Translations under genes and position numbers: made by a program
From: an uncultured delta proteobacterium
Lineage (GTDB): Bacteria; Desulfobacterota; WTBG01; CAIYCZ01; CAIRTM01
Reading direction: 5' to 3'
NCBI GenBank assembly: GCA_963804955.1
Contig: CAWDSQ010000014.1
Location: 211,672-275,671 of the forward strand
DNA: 64,000 nucleotides
In this document: positions 60,992 to 64,000 of the stretch, one piece after another
Layout of the letters: every line of letters begins with the position of its first letter
How positions within the stretch are numbered: the first letter of the stretch is position 1
Notes under the pieces: model-generated
What the model was told of the DNA's origin: nothing
What the model saw: only the letters and a program-made list of their open reading frames with translations
The model's database searches: none

Positions 60992-61320
60992 GTTTTCCCC
61001 CCATATGTGCCCCCGGGATATATACTTCCGTCTGTCGTGTGAAACTGGTTATTTACGGCGGGTCGGCACCTGCCCAACAAGCTTTCTCCGCATGTGCATG
61101 AGGTTCATAGAGTCAAAGAGTTGCAAGTATTTGCTTGCGGTTATACACCGGTTGCATGAAATACGGAAGCCGTTTCTCAAAAGCAGCAAAATCGGCTGGA
61201 GGCACAAAGTTCGTACGGATGCAGTCCGTTTCGGCGGACGGAGCCCGCCGATTATTTTATTCAATTTTAAAGATTGGTTGCACCCACACTGCCTTCACAC
61301 CCTGATGCGCCGCAGGGTGC

Positions 61321-61890
61321 TTACCTGCAGGAGTCTGTTAAAGCGGCGAAGGCTTCCCGGGACCCGGCCAGATGGAACTCCGACACTATCGTGCGCTGCG
61401 GTTTAGTAAACGAGTTTATGCGAATCCTGAGAAGCGTTCCTTCGCGGGCCAGCCGCTTAATAAGCTGTGACAGCGCTTTTGACTCTTTTGCACGGCCGCC
61501 TATCCCGAAGCCGAAGCCGCCTGCATGCTCGGCCGACATCCATCCGCTTGCATGGGCAAGCAGGGGCTGCGCGGGGCTGCCGCCTTCCAGCTCGATCGTT
61601 ACCAGTGCTTTGGCTTGCGCCGGTGCATAAGGGCCTTCGAAAGGCCTGAGGTCAAACACTTTCGTTACATTATCGGCATTGGCTATTGTGCAGTCAAGCC
61701 ATGCCATGGGCGCGCCCTGTTTATTGCACGAGAGACTCAGAAAGGCCTTCACGCTCAGGTCGCCCACTGCCGCCGTTCCGGTCGCATCAACGATCCGCTG
61801 GTCATTCTGCTGCCTCAGGCTCCAGGCGCCGGCATGTGCCGCCACCGCGAAAAAAACAGCGGCAAGAATTATAATAGTCCGTGGCAACAT
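61321..61890 (-). CDS. Hypothetical secreted protein
   Basis: Signal peptide ending AHA; GGGG RBS-like sequence. Confidence 0.6.
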   Translation of the reverse strand: MLPRTIIILAAVFFAVAAHAGAWSLRQQNDQRIVDATGTAAVGDLSVKAFLSLSCNKQGAPMAWLDCTIANADNVTKVFDLRPFEGPYAPAQAKALVTIELEGGSPAQPLLAHASGWMSAEHAGGFGFGIGGRAKESKALSQLIKRLAREGTLLRIRINSFTKPQRTIVSEFHLAGSREAFAALTDSCR

Positions 61891-61959
61891 TCTTACCCCC
61901 TTGAACCGTTATTGATGCGCGGTGTGCGCATGCTTTTACCCACCTTGCCCAAAAAAGGA

Positions 61960-61992
61960 ATGGCGGTTGAAGATTAAATCATCAACCGCCAT
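61960..61992. other. Intergenic hairpin (terminator or operator)
   Basis: ATGGCGGTTGA..TCAACCGCCAT 11-bp stem. Confidence 0.5.
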
Positions 61993-62161
61993 ACATGCAA
62001 TATTTAATTTTAAAAAATTAATTGAATTTTAAAGTTTGCTTAATCAATTATCAAGGGTAGCCGGCAAATACGCCTTGGCCATCAGGAGGCATTCAATTAT
62101 CCGTGGAGCGTGACTTAATCCAGCCTACAGGGCTTATCTATAATGCTTTTAATGCTTTTAA

Positions 62162-62190
62162 TTGACGCTCAGAGCTGCTTAGTGTACCAT
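62162..62190 (+). promoter_or_regulatory. Putative sigma70 promoter for second AOR
   Basis: TTGACG-17 bp-TACCAT. Confidence 0.45.
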
Positions 62191-62272
62191 CTATATGTTA
62201 GGTAAATTGTTTTTTTATGAAGCTTGAGGCTGGTGCAATGAGCATCCAGTAAAAAAGATAAAGGCAGTTGAC

Positions 62273-64000
62273 ATGCAAAAACTCTGCGGCTGGGTTGGCA
62301 AGATACTGAAGGTTGATCTGACGCATGAGCAGATCGAAATACTTGACACCATGGCCTATGCCGAAAAATTTCTGGGCGGCCTGGGGATCGGGCAGAAGCT
62401 GTACTGGGACCACGCTGCCTGGGGCGCTGATGCCTTTGACGAGCAGCAGCCCCTTATCTTCATGACCGGCCCGCTTGCGGCAACGCCTGCGCCCAGCGCG
62501 CCGCGGCTGTCCATCTGCGGCAAGTCGCCCTGCATCTATCCCGAAACATTCGTGAGTGCAAGCCTGGGCGGTTTTTTTGCCCCTGAGCTGAAGAAAGCCG
62601 GTTTTGACGGCATCATCGTTGTGGGCCGTGCAGACGGGGCCGTGCATATTCATATCGAGGACGGCGCTGTCGAGATACGGGAGGCGTCGCAGCTCTGGGG
62701 CCTGGGGAATCTTACAACCCACGAGCTTTTGAAAAATGAGTTCGGCAAAAATGTGCGCATTCTTTCCATCGGTCCGGGCGGGGAAAACCGCACACGCTAC
62801 GGCATTATCTATACGGATGTTGCGGGTGCGGCCTCCATGGGGTTCGGCTCGGTCATGGGCTCGAAAAATCTGAAGGCCATCACGGTGAAGGGCACGGGCT
62901 CCGTGGCGTTGCCGATCCCGGGGCGGTCAAGCAGATACGGAAGCGTTTTTCCGAGATGACCGGCACGGGGTTTTACAACCTGTTCGGCAACCCTATTATA
63001 CTGCCGGGCATGACGGTGGTGAAAAAGGCGCACTGCCACGGCTGCCCGCAGGGTTGCTGGCGCACCGTGCAGCAGAGCGCCTCGGGCGCGCAGGATATTC
63101 GCAAGTGCCAGACCAATCTTTTTTATGCCCTGTGGGACAGAAAACTGCACGGCCAGATCACCGAGGCGAGCTTTCAAGCCGCCACGCTTGCAAACGATTA
63201 CGGCCTGTGCGTGATCGATCTGGTGCAGCTCATGTTCTGGCTCGACAAATGTAATGAAGCAGGCGTTTTAACCGAAAAAGAAACGGGGCTGGCCATGGCG
63301 CAGATCGGCAGCATGGAGTTTTTGGAAGACGTGCATAAAAAAAATCTGTTCGCGCAGGGGATTCGGCAGCGTGCTTGCCGAGGGCGCTATTCGCGCGTCG
63401 GAAAATGTGGGCGGCGCGGCACGCGAGATCACGCTCAATATGTTCACGCAGACGGGCCGGGCCGTTGCCTACGGGCCCAAGGTGTTTGTGCTGTCGGCAC
63501 TTATTTACGCCCTTGAACCGCGGCCCTTCATTACCGAATTGCATGAGGTGTGCGAGCCCCTCACCAAATGGGGCAGGTGGTACACGAAAACTGATGAGAA
63601 GTCCTATATGTCAACCGAGGTTATCCGCCGGATCGGCAAAGCGTTCTGGGAGGGGGAAAAGGCGGTTGATTTTTCAACCTATGAAGGCAAGGCCCGCGCC
63701 TCGGCCCTTATCCAGAACCGGCAGTATATAAAGGAGTCGCTCGTCCTGTGCGATTTTGCCTGGCCGGTGTATGATGATGCTTCCACCGAGGACCATGTGG
63801 GCGACCCCGGGCTTGAAGGCAAGCTTCTGTCTGCGGTGACCGGCTGGAATATTGATGAGGCGGGGCTGAACCGGTTTGCCGAGCGTATCATTGCCCTGAA
63901 CCGGGCAATACTTCTGCGTGAGGGACGCCGGGGCAGTCAGGACGATATTTTGCCTGAGTTCTTCTTTATCGAGCGCGACGAGTTCATCGCCGATGTGTTC
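62273..64000 (+). CDS. Second aldehyde:ferredoxin oxidoreductase family protein (frameshifts near 62915 and 63340; runs off the window)
   Basis: [46 protein letters not shown]. Confidence 0.88.

Noticed and set aside
61049..61264. 71-aa ORF upstream of the mannosyltransferase
   Set aside because: TTG start and no recognisable features; cannot be supported.
1..64000. CRISPR array or rRNA
   Set aside because: No regularly spaced direct repeats with unique spacers, no cas genes and no rRNA-like segment seen; the repeats found are REP/MITE-type.

Overview
This is bacterial DNA, most likely from an anaerobic deltaproteobacterium (Desulfobacterota-like), inferred from nifU-nifS-cysE, two aldehyde:ferredoxin oxidoreductases, hemerythrin and FmdB-type proteins. 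All family calls are by-eye motif recognition; no searches were run. The most notable region is a co-directional cluster at 1-11.4 kb. It has an RND/MMPL + DUF1302 + DUF1329 + YCF48-like import module, followed by a lipoprotein with a divergent ferrochelatase fold and a ferredoxin-dependent bilin reductase/RCCR-like protein. Next come a cupredoxin-like protein, two FMN split-barrel proteins (one fused to a BchB/ChlB C-terminal PCP_red domain) and an MFS transporter. I infer a possible tetrapyrrole (chlorophyll/heme/bilin) scavenging and catabolism system in a non-phototroph. The rest is mostly housekeeping and metabolic genes. It also holds a glycosylation island between IS3 remnants and tRNA-Arg(CCG), a RAYT with GTAG-REPs, a nested MITE, IS481/IS30 relics, a VapBC pair and a perfect 32-bp operator palindrome upstream of an AOR. 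About a dozen genes carry frameshifts, which are probably sequencing or assembly errors. No CRISPR array or rRNA was seen.
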